Source of the DNA: an uncultured virus (IMG/VR IMGVR_UViG_3300038443_001324)
Taxonomy: Duplodnaviria; Heunggongvirae; Uroviricota; Caudoviricetes
DNA: 64,000 nt
Virus record (IMG/VR): IMGVR_UViG_3300038443_001324
Strand: one strand, 5' to 3'
A model generated the notes under the pieces. It searched no databases. It had not been told where the DNA came from and saw only the letters and a program-made list of their open reading frames with translations. Both the position numbers and the translations under genes were made by a program. The number at the start of each line of letters is the position of its first letter. The stretch's first letter is position 1. Of the stretch, positions 37,493-46,687 are shown piece after piece.

Positions 37493-37759
37493 ATGGCTGA
37501 AATCACCCCCTACTGGACACCCGACGAGCTCGAGCCTGCCTATACCGAGCTGCGCGATGAAGAGCTCATTGCTACAAAGATCGGCGGCGAATCGGGCCTC
37601 GATGCGCTGTACGAGCTCGAGCTGCGTGGCGTTACGCCCGAGAACCTGGCCAAGTTGCGCGAAGAGATCCGCGCCGGGCTCACCGTGCTCGAGCGCGTTG
37701 CCAAGCGCCGCGGGGTAGAGCTGCCCCATGTCGGCCGCGAACAGAGGACGGTGCAATGA
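37493..37759 (+). CDS. Hypothetical protein
   Basis: Part of an overlapping rightward gene string. Confidence 0.55.
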   Translation: MAEITPYWTPDELEPAYTELRDEELIATKIGGESGLDALYELELRGVTPENLAKLREEIRAGLTVLERVAKRRGVELPHVGREQRTVQ

Positions 37760-37968
37760 CGAGCTTTGAGGTGTATCCAATCAACAGCAACGGCAAGCGC
37801 ACCGGCCCGTCAGTATGGGTTCGCGCCGCGAGCCGCGAGCGCGCCGAGGACGCCGGCAAGATATGGATGCGCATGCTCGGCCGCAAGAAGCCACGACTCG
37901 TGCGCGCCGATATCTATCGGCCCGAGCTCGACTACACCGTGAGCATGTACGTGAGGAAAAATCCATGA
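37756..37968 (+). CDS. Hypothetical protein
   Basis: ATGA overlaps at both ends. Confidence 0.55.
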   Translation: MTSFEVYPINSNGKRTGPSVWVRAASRERAEDAGKIWMRMLGRKKPRLVRADIYRPELDYTVSMYVRKNP

Positions 37969-38399
37969 TCACAAACCCGCTCAAGCGGCTGCAGCTCACC
38001 GTTGCTGCGCTCAAAAACAGCACGATCGCGGCCGATCGCCACGCCGTCGAGATCTTCGCAGAGATGCAAAAGAACGCCGATCTCTTCGAACACCTGCTCG
38101 AGTGCGCCAAGGCGGCCGGCTTTGCCAGCATCACCGAGGCGATCGCCGCGGCCAAGGCTGCGCGCGATCCGTGGACGCCAATCGCCAAAGGCCTGCCGAT
38201 TGAACCCGGCTGGTATCTGGCCATGCTCGCACCCGACAACGATTGGGGCCTCATGAGCAACACGCCGTTGCAGGTGGAGTTCGACGCGTACACGAGCAAG
38301 CCGAAGGCTTTCACGTGCTTCTACGACTACCACGCCGACGAGGACATTACCGCGGCCGTGCTCGCGTGGATGCCGATGCCGCGAGGGCCGCAGCCATGA
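37965..38399 (+). CDS. DUF551-like protein
   Basis: W.PI...LP...G.YL ... V.AWMPMP. Confidence 0.5.
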   Translation: MITNPLKRLQLTVAALKNSTIAADRHAVEIFAEMQKNADLFEHLLECAKAAGFASITEAIAAAKAARDPWTPIAKGLPIEPGWYLAMLAPDNDWGLMSNTPLQVEFDAYTSKPKAFTCFYDYHADEDITAAVLAWMPMPRGPQP

Positions 38400-38710
38400 G
38401 CGACGACGAAATCGTGAGCATCTTTTTTCCGGCGGGCGGCATTATCGGCCCTTCGGCCAGAGCTGTAGCGCTCAAAACGGCCCATACGCTTTTGAAGGCT
38501 GCGAGGCTGCGCTGGATCCCGGTCGCCGAGAGCCTGCCAGAAGAGCGCGAGCAGCCGTATCAGGTGATCGTTGCCTGCGTGAAAACGCACGGCGAGGACA
38601 CCATGTACGCCGGCCGCGGTATGCGCCGCTTCATGCAGGATTGGGTCGTGCGCCGCTGGCCGCAGAACTTCACGCATTGGATGGAGGCGCCGCCGTGGCC
38701 CGAATCCTGA
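38396..38710 (+). CDS. DUF551-like protein
   Basis: WIPVAESLPE ... FTHWM..P. Confidence 0.55.
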   Translation: MSDDEIVSIFFPAGGIIGPSARAVALKTAHTLLKAARLRWIPVAESLPEEREQPYQVIVACVKTHGEDTMYAGRGMRRFMQDWVVRRWPQNFTHWMEAPPWPES

Positions 38711-38823
38711 TCGCGCTACTGTGCCTCTCGCTGCAGGGCTGCTATGGCTTCGCGCGCGAGTACATCGCCACGCACCCGGGCGGGCATCCCGTTCCTACTG
38801 ACTGCTGCTGCGAGAGGTAAACA

Positions 38824-39318
38824 ATGGACGAATCGATCGCATCACTCATGCTATCGGGCGAGCTGTGCGAGCAGTGCTCGGCGCCCATCGGCGAGCCGGT
38901 TGGATACCCGCGCCTGTGCGAAGACTGCGCGAGCGGCGATCACATCGACGATATGGCTGCGGACAAGCGGCGCCGCGCGGATAACCGCGAGCACGGCTTC
39001 AATGCGCTCGCCGACTCGGGCTATGTGTTCGAAGTGAAAAACGGCGCCGCGCACCTGATCGTCGAAACCGAGGCCGGCAAGATTGATTTCTGGCCCGGCA
39101 CTCGTAAATGGATCGTGCGCGCAACGCGCCAGAAGGGCTACGGCGTGGAAGCGCTTAAAGCGGCATTCAAGCCGGCCGGCCAGGCCGCCGCGCGCCCGAT
39201 TTACCCCGTTGCCGCCGAGGTAACGGATCACTATTCGATCGTGTGGAAGCCCCACATGAGCGACTTCACTATCGCGGCCTACGAAGCGGCCGGCTACACC
39301 GTTACGGGGAAACCATGA
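38824..39318 (+). CDS. Hypothetical protein with a Zn-finger-like N-terminus
   Basis: CEQC...CEDC; IDFWPGT.KW; GAGG RBS. Confidence 0.65.
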   Translation: MDESIASLMLSGELCEQCSAPIGEPVGYPRLCEDCASGDHIDDMAADKRRRADNREHGFNALADSGYVFEVKNGAAHLIVETEAGKIDFWPGTRKWIVRATRQKGYGVEALKAAFKPAGQAAARPIYPVAAEVTDHYSIVWKPHMSDFTIAAYEAAGYTVTGKP

Positions 39319-40256
39319 GCAGCAAAACACACAAGGATTTCGTCGCGCGCGAACAGATCGAGCAGTGGGCTCGCACCGCCGGCATTGATTGCGATGAACG
39401 CGGCCTCGAGCTGCTCGGCACTTTCGCAGTACTCGCCCGCGGGGCGCTTCGTGAGGCTGATGCCGCGCAGCCGCGCGCACTGAGCGCCGCCGATATCGCG
39501 AAGGGCGCGCTGCGCATTGAGTGGCGCGACACTGAATCCCAAGCGCGGCGCGTGGCAGAGCACGCCGAGGATCTGCTCGCCGAGCACGCCCCTGGGAACG
39601 AGAACACGGTGTCCGGGTGGGTGTATAACGCGATCGCCGTCAATCTGAAAGCGCTCCACGCGATCTGCCTCGAGCACGGCTGCTCGCAGGGCGAAACGGT
39701 GGCCGACTGGCTTCGCGAGCAGCTTGGCGAAATCGACGCGCTGCGCAAGGCATCGGGCAACGACGTCGAGCAGCACATGCAGGCTATCGACAAGGTTATG
39801 TCTGTGAAGCTCTACGCTCCCGAGCGTGGCGCGATAGAGCGCGCGCTGATGGCGAGCTTTTCCGCGGGGCAAAATTCGCAGGTAAATCGGAATGTGATGC
39901 TGCGCGACGAGCTCGCCAAAGAGCGCGCGCGCATCGATCACATCGAGGCGCATTGGTTCGACAAGCACGGCGCCGATCCGGCCAAGGGCGAGCCCGAGGG
40001 TTTCGAGTGGGCGTTCGCTGCCGAGTGGGAGTATGTCGGCACGCAGAGCCTGCGCACGGCGATCGACAACGAGATCGAGCTGGCCAAGGCAAACCCGCGC
40101 GACGATACGCCGGTAGGCGAGCCGGTTGTGACGGCCGCAGATCTGGCCAAGGTGGCGCACCTGCCAACGACCGAGTTTGAAGTGTGCGGATTCTGCGCAC
40201 AGCCAAACACCTGCAGCGAAGCCGGTTCGTGCGCGCGCAAGGTGGGTGATCTGTGA
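39315..40256 (+). CDS. Hypothetical protein
   Basis: ATGA overlap; 313 aa. Confidence 0.65.
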   Translation: MSSKTHKDFVAREQIEQWARTAGIDCDERGLELLGTFAVLARGALREADAAQPRALSAADIAKGALRIEWRDTESQARRVAEHAEDLLAEHAPGNENTVSGWVYNAIAVNLKALHAICLEHGCSQGETVADWLREQLGEIDALRKASGNDVEQHMQAIDKVMSVKLYAPERGAIERALMASFSAGQNSQVNRNVMLRDELAKERARIDHIEAHWFDKHGADPAKGEPEGFEWAFAAEWEYVGTQSLRTAIDNEIELAKANPRDDTPVGEPVVTAADLAKVAHLPTTEFEVCGFCAQPNTCSEAGSCARKVGDL

Positions 40257-40882
40257 TCGCGCCGAGCCTCGAGCACGTAATCGATGCCACAAATGCGCGT
40301 GCCGCGCGCGTCGAAGAGCGCTGTAACTACGTGGTGACGGGCTTTGTGCTCACGCATCACTCGCTGGGCAAAAAGGCCGTGGTGGATATGGCGAGCGTGC
40401 GCTGGTTCCCGAACGTGGACGAGTTCATGCACATGATGACCGGCCGCAAGATCACGCCGGGGCCCGGCCTGCAGCCGACGCAATGGGGCGTCGACGAGAT
40501 CGCGCCGGCCGCGCCGGCGATCGCGCCAGCGCCTGCAGCTGCTGCGCCGACGCGGCCGGTGCTCACTGCGCCGCCATCGGCCAGGCTGCTCGAGAGCACC
40601 GAGGACGCGCTCGGCCAGCTCGCGCACGAGCTCGGATGCGTCTATGACGTCTCGGTACCGCATAACGCGGGCTGGTTTGTGCCGGGCAAGCCCACGGCGT
40701 GCGCCAGCGCGTACGACGCCATACGCGGGCTCGTCGCCAGCCTGAAGGCCGGCGGCACGGTGTACGAGCCGAAGCCGGCCGCGCCGGCGATCGCCGAGCC
40801 TGTGCTCGAGCTGGTGCCCGTCGAGGTGCCGAAGCGCAAGCCCGCGCCGGCACCCGCGATCGAGCAGGGGGCGCTTTTCTGA
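40253..40882 (+). CDS. Hypothetical protein
   Basis: GTGA overlap; Pro/Ala-rich. Confidence 0.6.
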   Translation: MIAPSLEHVIDATNARAARVEERCNYVVTGFVLTHHSLGKKAVVDMASVRWFPNVDEFMHMMTGRKITPGPGLQPTQWGVDEIAPAAPAIAPAPAAAAPTRPVLTAPPSARLLESTEDALGQLAHELGCVYDVSVPHNAGWFVPGKPTACASAYDAIRGLVASLKAGGTVYEPKPAAPAIAEPVLELVPVEVPKRKPAPAPAIEQGALF

Positions 40883-41310
40883 TGCCACAACAGCAACAGC
40901 GTTGCGTCTATTGCAACGAGCCGGCGACGCTGCTGTGCGATTTCATACTCGGCTGGGGGATCGGCGAGCTCGTGCGCGATCGCCGCGGGCCTGCGTGGAA
41001 TGCGATCGACACGACGCGGCCGCCGCACACATGCGATATGCCGATGTGCCTCGCCCACGCCGAGCACCGCGGCACGATGCACGTTCGCATGAGCCGCAGC
41101 AAGAACGGGCGTCGCGGCTTCTTCGATACGTTCGATCACTGCCTCGAGCACGCTGGCCAAAGCGACACCGGCGCACCCGTGATACCCGACGACGAAGCCG
41201 AGCGCCTGCGCCGCGCTGTGCACGCCCTTGCTCAACGTCGCGCGATGCGTGAGCGGGGAGTACTCCCGGCGCCGCCGCGCAGCTCGGCCGGCCAACTGGA
41301 TCTTTTCTAA
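40882..41310 (+). CDS. Hypothetical Cys/His-rich protein
   Basis: CVYC..PATLLCD, TCD.P.C..H, D.C..H. Confidence 0.6.
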   Translation: MPQQQQRCVYCNEPATLLCDFILGWGIGELVRDRRGPAWNAIDTTRPPHTCDMPMCLAHAEHRGTMHVRMSRSKNGRRGFFDTFDHCLEHAGQSDTGAPVIPDDEAERLRRAVHALAQRRAMRERGVLPAPPRSSAGQLDLF

Positions 41311-41345
41311 CCGCCGGCGCCGCCGGCAATACACAGGAGCAACAC

Positions 41346-41660
41346 GTGACAGAAGCAATCAAAAGCCCGCTTATCCCCGCAGCCGAAGCCCGCGCGCACG
41401 CGCAAGCCGTGCAGGAATACGAGCCGCAGGACGTAATCAGCAACATCGCCACGTACGTCGAGGCAGCAAAAAACCAGGGCCATCACTCGACGCTCTTCCC
41501 GATCGCGGGCCATATGTTCACGGGCGATCAGGACGACGAAAGCACCTGGCCGGCGTGGCTTGCAACGGTGGCCAAGGCGCTGCGCGACGCGGGCTATGCG
41601 GCCAGCGTCACGCACGGCGGGGGTGCGATCGCGATCTCGTGGGCCGATCAGCCGGCGTAA
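41346..41660 (+). CDS. Hypothetical protein
   Basis: AGGAG RBS with GTG start. Confidence 0.6.
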   Translation: MTEAIKSPLIPAAEARAHAQAVQEYEPQDVISNIATYVEAAKNQGHHSTLFPIAGHMFTGDQDDESTWPAWLATVAKALRDAGYAASVTHGGGAIAISWADQPA

Positions 41661-42070
41661 TTGCAGGGCAGCGAGGGATCGGCAAGCACCGCTCGCACGC
41701 TCCGGTCCTCTTCCTCGCGCGTGCCCCGGTTCAGATTTGCCGTTATGCCGACGCGGACCTGCGTGCCGCCAGCGGCAGGCGTGAGGCGCAAACGGCCGAT
41801 CTCGGTGCGCACCGTGGGGTAGAGATCGCCATGCAAATACAGATCGATGACGAGCTCTTGTGGATCCGGCAACGCATCGCCTTGCGGCTCGATGGTGTCA
41901 ACGAGATACCCGCACTGCCTCGAGCGCTCCATCACCGCGCGATACACCTGCATCGGGGCACGGCTAACCGTGAGCTGCGTCCACATGAGATCGCTTTCTT
42001 TCACCGTGGCTGGGAAGGGCGCACATGCGGCGAGCAGTGCCGGAAGCAAGGCAAGCGCGAAGCGTTTCAT
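41648..42070 (-). CDS. Lipoprotein (candidate superinfection exclusion)
   Basis: MKRFALALLPALLAAC lipobox. Confidence 0.65.
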   Translation of the reverse strand: MKRFALALLPALLAACAPFPATVKESDLMWTQLTVSRAPMQVYRAVMERSRQCGYLVDTIEPQGDALPDPQELVIDLYLHGDLYPTVRTEIGRLRLTPAAGGTQVRVGITANLNRGTREEEDRSVRAVLADPSLPCNYAG

Positions 42071-42103
42071 CGAGCGTCTCGTCTGGAAGAAGTACCGCGA
42101 ATA

Positions 42104-42154
42104 TAGCGCATCATGCGCCAGCTCTCGGACAAACGGCGCGCTATGCGCCATAAT
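42104..42154. promoter_or_regulatory. Two box A operators between the divergent lipoprotein and HTH genes
   Basis: TAGCGCA-tca-TGCGCCA (42104) and CGGCGCG-cta-TGCGCCA (42134), then CATAAT. Confidence 0.65.
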
Positions 42155-42160
42155 GGGAGC

Positions 42161-42388
42161 ATGGACACGACAGAATTTTGCGATCGCGCTAGTGCCGTGC
42201 TCGGCGGCCGCGGCTGGAAACGGCGGCTCTCAGAGATCACCGGCAAAGACTATTCAACGGTAAAGCGGTGGGCCGATGGCTCGCTCGAGGTGCCGCCGTA
42301 CGCATCAATTTTGATTCAACTGCTCGAGGCGGTACCGGAATCCCGGCTACCCGACGAGCTGCTGCAGATCCTCGCCCCGCGCCGATAG
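42161..42388 (+). CDS. Small HTH regulator (candidate repressor)
   Basis: WKRRLSEITGKDYSTVKRW...VP. Confidence 0.7.
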   Translation: MDTTEFCDRASAVLGGRGWKRRLSEITGKDYSTVKRWADGSLEVPPYASILIQLLEAVPESRLPDELLQILAPRR

Positions 42389-42410
42389 ACGCAGGCAGCA
42401 GGAAAGAGCG

Positions 42411-42438
42411 GGCCGGCCCATCGAACCGGCCTTTTTTT
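42411..42438 (+). terminator. Intrinsic terminator
   Basis: GGCCGG...CCGGCC-T7. Confidence 0.6.
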
Positions 42439-42459
42439 CATCCATTGGAGCACTGAAGA

Positions 42460-43389
42460 ATGCCCGATACGCAAGACAACACGGCCGCGAGCAGCGGCCA
42501 GCAGCTCACGAACACCGGGAGCGAAACGATCACCACGAAAGACATAGGCGACCTCAATCTCCTGCTGGGAAACACGACGCCGGCGGGCACGAACACGCAA
42601 GAACCGGATTCGTCGAGCACCTCGTCGACGGCCGCCCTGTCTGGTTCCGCTGAAGGCAAGCAGGGAAACGGTGCGAGCGGTGCGCAATCTGCGACGGATG
42701 GCAGCACCACTGCGCTGAATTCGGATGCTTCGTCATCGATCCAGACGAGCCAAGAGAGCAGCTCGGCACCTGGTACTGACGCGGGAAACGCGGGGGCCGC
42801 TTCTGCATCTGCTGCCGAAGCAGGGGCGGCCACCTCGAGCGGTGCCCAATCGGGCGAGAGCTCGAGCAGCACGCAGCAGACAGCCAATGGATCGGAATCG
42901 ACCTCGCAAGCGGCCGCGATCGCACAGTCTACTGGCGACGCGATCCAATCGGGCGCGTCCTCGCAAGCGGATTTGCCGGCTTCATCGCTCACCGAACCGA
43001 CGTCGCCAGCTGGGGACTCGCCCCAGGATGGCGCGACGAGTAACGCGGGGCTCGCGCCGGCGGTGATGGATAGCGAAGCGGCGTCGGCTGCGCGTGCGGC
43101 CGCGCTCGCCACGCCCGACACTGATCTCGGCAACCACCCGGCGGCCGAGCATATCGATGCGATCGTTGAACAAACGGTCGCAGCGAAGGCGATAGGCTTG
43201 CCGGCCGAGTTGGCCGAGTATGTTGAGGTGAAAGCGCGCATGATCCGCATAGCGATCGCCAACGAAGAGGCGGCCGCGCATCGCCACTTCGACGAGCTGC
43301 TCACCACAATCGAATCGATCGCGCACGTGCCCGAGCACATCATCACGTTCGTGCGCACGAAGGTCACTTACTTGCGCTCGATTCTCTAA
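42460..43389 (+). CDS. Ser/Ala/Gln/Thr low-complexity protein with a helical C-terminus
   Basis: 309-aa ORF flanked by terminators. Confidence 0.6.
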   Translation: MPDTQDNTAASSGQQLTNTGSETITTKDIGDLNLLLGNTTPAGTNTQEPDSSSTSSTAALSGSAEGKQGNGASGAQSATDGSTTALNSDASSSIQTSQESSSAPGTDAGNAGAASASAAEAGAATSSGAQSGESSSSTQQTANGSESTSQAAAIAQSTGDAIQSGASSQADLPASSLTEPTSPAGDSPQDGATSNAGLAPAVMDSEAASAARAAALATPDTDLGNHPAAEHIDAIVEQTVAAKAIGLPAELAEYVEVKARMIRIAIANEEAAAHRHFDELLTTIESIAHVPEHIITFVRTKVTYLRSIL

Positions 43390-43411
43390 GCCGCTCGCCG
43401 GCGCCGTAACG

Positions 43412-43439
43412 AAAAAGCCCGCTTCGCGCGGGCTTTTTT
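43412..43439. terminator. Bidirectional intrinsic terminator
   Basis: AAAAAGCCCGC-ttcgc-GCGGGCTTTTTT. Confidence 0.8.
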
Positions 43440-43526
43440 GTGCTCAAACTGCCAGTTTGCGAGTTGGTGCAAGTTGGTACTTTGCGCAAACTGGCAATTT
43501 ACCGCTTTACACCAGGTGTAAAGGCG

Positions 43527-43748
43527 TCATCTATAGCCGTGCGAGTCGAGCACCTGCTGCATGTTCGAGCCTTCCCACGAGCCCGGTCGCGTGTTCGTCA
43601 TCACTAGATCCTGAGCGAGCATGTCGAACAGACGGGCCACGGTGAGCATGCCGTGCGTGGTGGCGTCTGGATCGTTCATATTGGCGGCATCCACCACCAT
43701 GAGCAGATGCCCATAGGCCTCGTCGCTGACTTCGATCTCGATCTTCAT
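43527..43748 (-). CDS. Hypothetical protein
   Basis: MKIEIEVSDEAY ... RPGSWEG. Confidence 0.55.
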   Translation of the reverse strand: MKIEIEVSDEAYGHLLMVVDAANMNDPDATTHGMLTVARLFDMLAQDLVMTNTRPGSWEGSNMQQVLDSHGYR

Positions 43749-43753
43749 GACAC

Positions 43754-43975
43754 TCACTTCCATACGTGCGAGAGCACGCCCGTGGCGAGCACGATGCCGA
43801 AGGCGACCGCGTACAGCTTGTTGGAGAGCCGGCCCTCGAGCAGCTCGAGATCCTGTTTCGTGGCGAGCTGCTCGAGCGCGGCATCGTTGATGCCTTCGGC
43901 GAGCGCTTCGGCCGCTTCTTTAGTCATGCCGCCTTTGGCCTGCATGTGGCGGGCAAATCTGAGGGTATCGATCAT
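43754..43975 (-). CDS. DUF1640/CCDC90-like coiled-coil membrane protein
   Basis: DTLRFA..M..GG...AAEA...LATKQDL; C-terminal TM; GGAG RBS. Confidence 0.7.
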   Translation of the reverse strand: MIDTLRFARHMQAKGGMTKEAAEALAEGINDAALEQLATKQDLELLEGRLSNKLYAVAFGIVLATGVLSHVWK

Positions 43976-44355
43976 GTGCACTTTTCTCCGTTCTTCTGTG
44001 ATTGTAGGCGCGCCATCGGCGCGCACGGACAGAATAGCGCATAGCGCGCCTTTTGTCGTTGTAGAACCCGGATAGGTGCCGATTTGGCTGCACCGCATTG
44101 TTGCAACGGGCGCAATGATCGAAGTGTAAAAAGGCGCATAGTGCGCCAAGTACTTGATTTGCTGGGATTTGCTTCTGAATTAAGCGAACGCCTAATTTGA
44201 CATAATGAGCATTATCACCCGCAGAGTGTGCCCTGCGCTGGCCGCGCGCGGCGGCCAAGGGGGTAGAGGCTGCATTCGCCACATGCAAATGCATTGCCCC
44301 GTTCAACCCACACGGCGGATGCCGCTCGTGCTTGCTACAGGTAAGACACTACCAC

Positions 44356-44393
44356 AAAGAAAAGGCCGCACCGAGCGGGGTCTCAGTGCGGCC
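44356..44393 (-). terminator. Intrinsic terminator
   Basis: GGCCGCAC...GTGCGGCC hairpin preceded by an A-rich run on the plus strand. Confidence 0.55.
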
Positions 44394-44495
44394 AGGGTGC
44401 TACCTTGGGACGTGCGCGCCGCGAGGACGAGGGCCACCATCGCGACGCAGGAATGATCATATCAGATCGATATCGAAAAGCCATCATCATTCAGG

Positions 44496-44528
44496 AAAAA
44501 AAAAGCCCGGGGGCACACGCCTCGGGCT
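44496..44528 (-). terminator. Intrinsic terminator after the portal operon
   Basis: A9-GCCCGGGG...CCTCGGGC. Confidence 0.7.
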
Positions 44529-44627
44529 AAATTGGACCGGTGCTTTCGGTAAAGCCGCGAGCCCCGCGGTATGGCCGAATGCGGGACGGACTATAGCGTC
44601 GCCACCCTGGCCCCACAAGTCTTTTCG

Positions 44628-44951
44628 CTAACCGCTCATTGGTACGATCGGCGTCTTCGGATCGGCCAGGATAAACGGCTTGAGCACTGCCAGATCGCCC
44701 TTGAACACCTCGAAATCGACAGCCAGATTGGCGTGATAGCCCTCGAGCGGCACGGGCGCCGCGAATTCGCCCTCTTTCGCCTTGGCCTTTTCTTTGTCCG
44801 TGGGCGGCCGGCGCAGCGTATCGAGCATGGTGAGCTGCACGCCCGCGCACGGCATCGAGTGGCCGCCCTCGATCTGCTGCAGCACGCCGGCATTGATCAG
44901 GCCCGCGTGCATTTCCTTGTATGAGCTGGCGCGTAGGTAGAGCTTGCGCAT
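44628..44951 (-). CDS. Hypothetical protein
   Basis: Starts 2 nt after the portal stop. Confidence 0.6.
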   Translation of the reverse strand: MRKLYLRASSYKEMHAGLINAGVLQQIEGGHSMPCAGVQLTMLDTLRRPPTDKEKAKAKEGEFAAPVPLEGYHANLAVDFEVFKGDLAVLKPFILADPKTPIVPMSG

Positions 44952-44953
44952 GG

Positions 44954-46687
44954 TTACTTACTCCCGTTCGGTTTGCGGCCCGTTGCGGCCTTGGCGCCCC
45001 CGGCCGAGGGTTTGGATGCGGCGACCGACGCTGCGCCGCTTCTCGCTTGCTGCATGGCCGTTGTCGCCGGCGGCGTTACCGGCGCTTTGCCGCCGGCCCC
45101 GGGCATACCGGGCGCTTTGGGGCTGGGCACGCCAGCCTGCGACATGGCGACGGCCGTTGCGGCCGCGTTGGCCGCTTCCTGCGGATCCGGCGCGCCCCAG
45201 CCGAGCCCATCTTCGGCCGCCGGCGGCAAGCCCGCCTCTTCGCGGATATGGTTCTCGAGATCGGGATCCGGGAAGAGCTGCGCGCCAGCTGCCGCGAGCG
45301 CCGTGAGCATGGCGGCAAGGCCCTGCAGATCCTTGGCCGCGACGTCGCCGTGCGCGAGCGTGGGCATCGTTTCGACGCTTTTGCCGTTGAGTTTCCACAG
45401 CCTAGGCATGAGAAAGCGATTGATCGTGTCGCAGATCCGCTCGAGAAACGTCTTGATCGCCTGCGCGAAGATATCTGATTTGTTTTGCGAGAGCGCGTGG
45501 GAGCCGCCGCGGCCTTGCTGGCCGAGCATGATGAAGTCGGCGAGCACGGTGGCCGTGATGCGGTTGTCGTATCGATCGATGATCTTCGTGGTATCGATCG
45601 CGCGCGATCCGCCGCTCGAGATCAGCTTGAAGTCGAACAGCAAATTGCCGTGCTGGTCGCGATCGCTCGGGATCACGACGCCCATTTGCTTGTCTTTCCG
45701 CACGTTCGTGACGAGCCTCTTCCAATCGGAGGCGACCTTCTTCTGCTGCGTGTCGGCGTTCACGTCCATGTAAGAGCCCGGGATCATGGCCACCGGTAAG
45801 CCCGCGAGATCTCGCTCGATGCCGATGCCCTCAATCTCTTCCAGACGCTTTTTGAAGTACCACGGCCGATAGGCGTTACGCAGGATCGAGCGCCCCTCGG
45901 GGTTGTTTCGCTCGTTGCGCGTACGAAAGAGCACCATTTTCGTGATGGGGATATACACCATCGGGCCCGCGATCGGCTGCTGCCATACGCCCTGGATGCC
46001 GCCGTCGACGGGATCGAATTGCCAGCGCACGATCGACGATTGCGCGCGCAGTGACAGGTTGCGGATACCCACCTTGCCGTCTGTGTATTGGCTTCGCTCG
46101 CTTGGGTCGGTGGAATCGGGCCCGTTGCGCTTCTTCCAAATGATTTCCATCGGCGCATAGCCGTAGGTGAACATCGACGCGATCTCGGTGAGCACGTCCG
46201 ACATGGGCGAGCTCATATCGCTAAACACCTCTTCGGCAAACTGCTTGTCTGCCTTGGCCTGGGGGCTCTCGTCGGCAGCCTGCCAATTGAACGGCGTGCC
46301 GGTGATCAGCATCTCGATCGCGAACAGGATGGCACCGATCACCGGATCGTTATCGGCCATTTCCTTGTACGTGGCCGCGCCGCGAACGCCCTTCAGTTCC
46401 TTGAGGAATTCTTCGACAACGAAGCCGCCATACTGGCGCAGGCCCGTCGAGCCGATGATGTTTGGATCGTAGTCGACGGTGCCCGCGTCGCCATGCGGGC
46501 CACCTACGGCGCCGAGCGCTGTGCCGGCGGCGATCGCGCCGGCAGCTGCAGGCGACACCGCGAGCGGGCCGTTGCCGAGCGCGGTTTCTGCCGCGGATGC
46601 GATCGCCGCCGGCGTCGCGTTGCTGCTCGAGCTCGAGGCGGTGCGCGCGCCGCGCTTGCTCGGTGTGCTGCCGTTCGTTTTAGCCAT
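44954..46687 (-). CDS. Portal protein (DUF935/Mu gp29-like)
   Basis: NPEGRSILRNAY..W..K...E.IGIERDLAG.P; downstream of TerL. Confidence 0.9.
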   Translation of the reverse strand: MAKTNGSTPSKRGARTASSSSSNATPAAIASAAETALGNGPLAVSPAAAGAIAAGTALGAVGGPHGDAGTVDYDPNIIGSTGLRQYGGFVVEEFLKELKGVRGAATYKEMADNDPVIGAILFAIEMLITGTPFNWQAADESPQAKADKQFAEEVFSDMSSPMSDVLTEIASMFTYGYAPMEIIWKKRNGPDSTDPSERSQYTDGKVGIRNLSLRAQSSIVRWQFDPVDGGIQGVWQQPIAGPMVYIPITKMVLFRTRNERNNPEGRSILRNAYRPWYFKKRLEEIEGIGIERDLAGLPVAMIPGSYMDVNADTQQKKVASDWKRLVTNVRKDKQMGVVIPSDRDQHGNLLFDFKLISSGGSRAIDTTKIIDRYDNRITATVLADFIMLGQQGRGGSHALSQNKSDIFAQAIKTFLERICDTINRFLMPRLWKLNGKSVETMPTLAHGDVAAKDLQGLAAMLTALAAAGAQLFPDPDLENHIREEAGLPPAAEDGLGWGAPDPQEAANAAATAVAMSQAGVPSPKAPGMPGAGGKAPVTPPATTAMQQARSGAASVAASKPSAGGAKAATGRKPNGSK

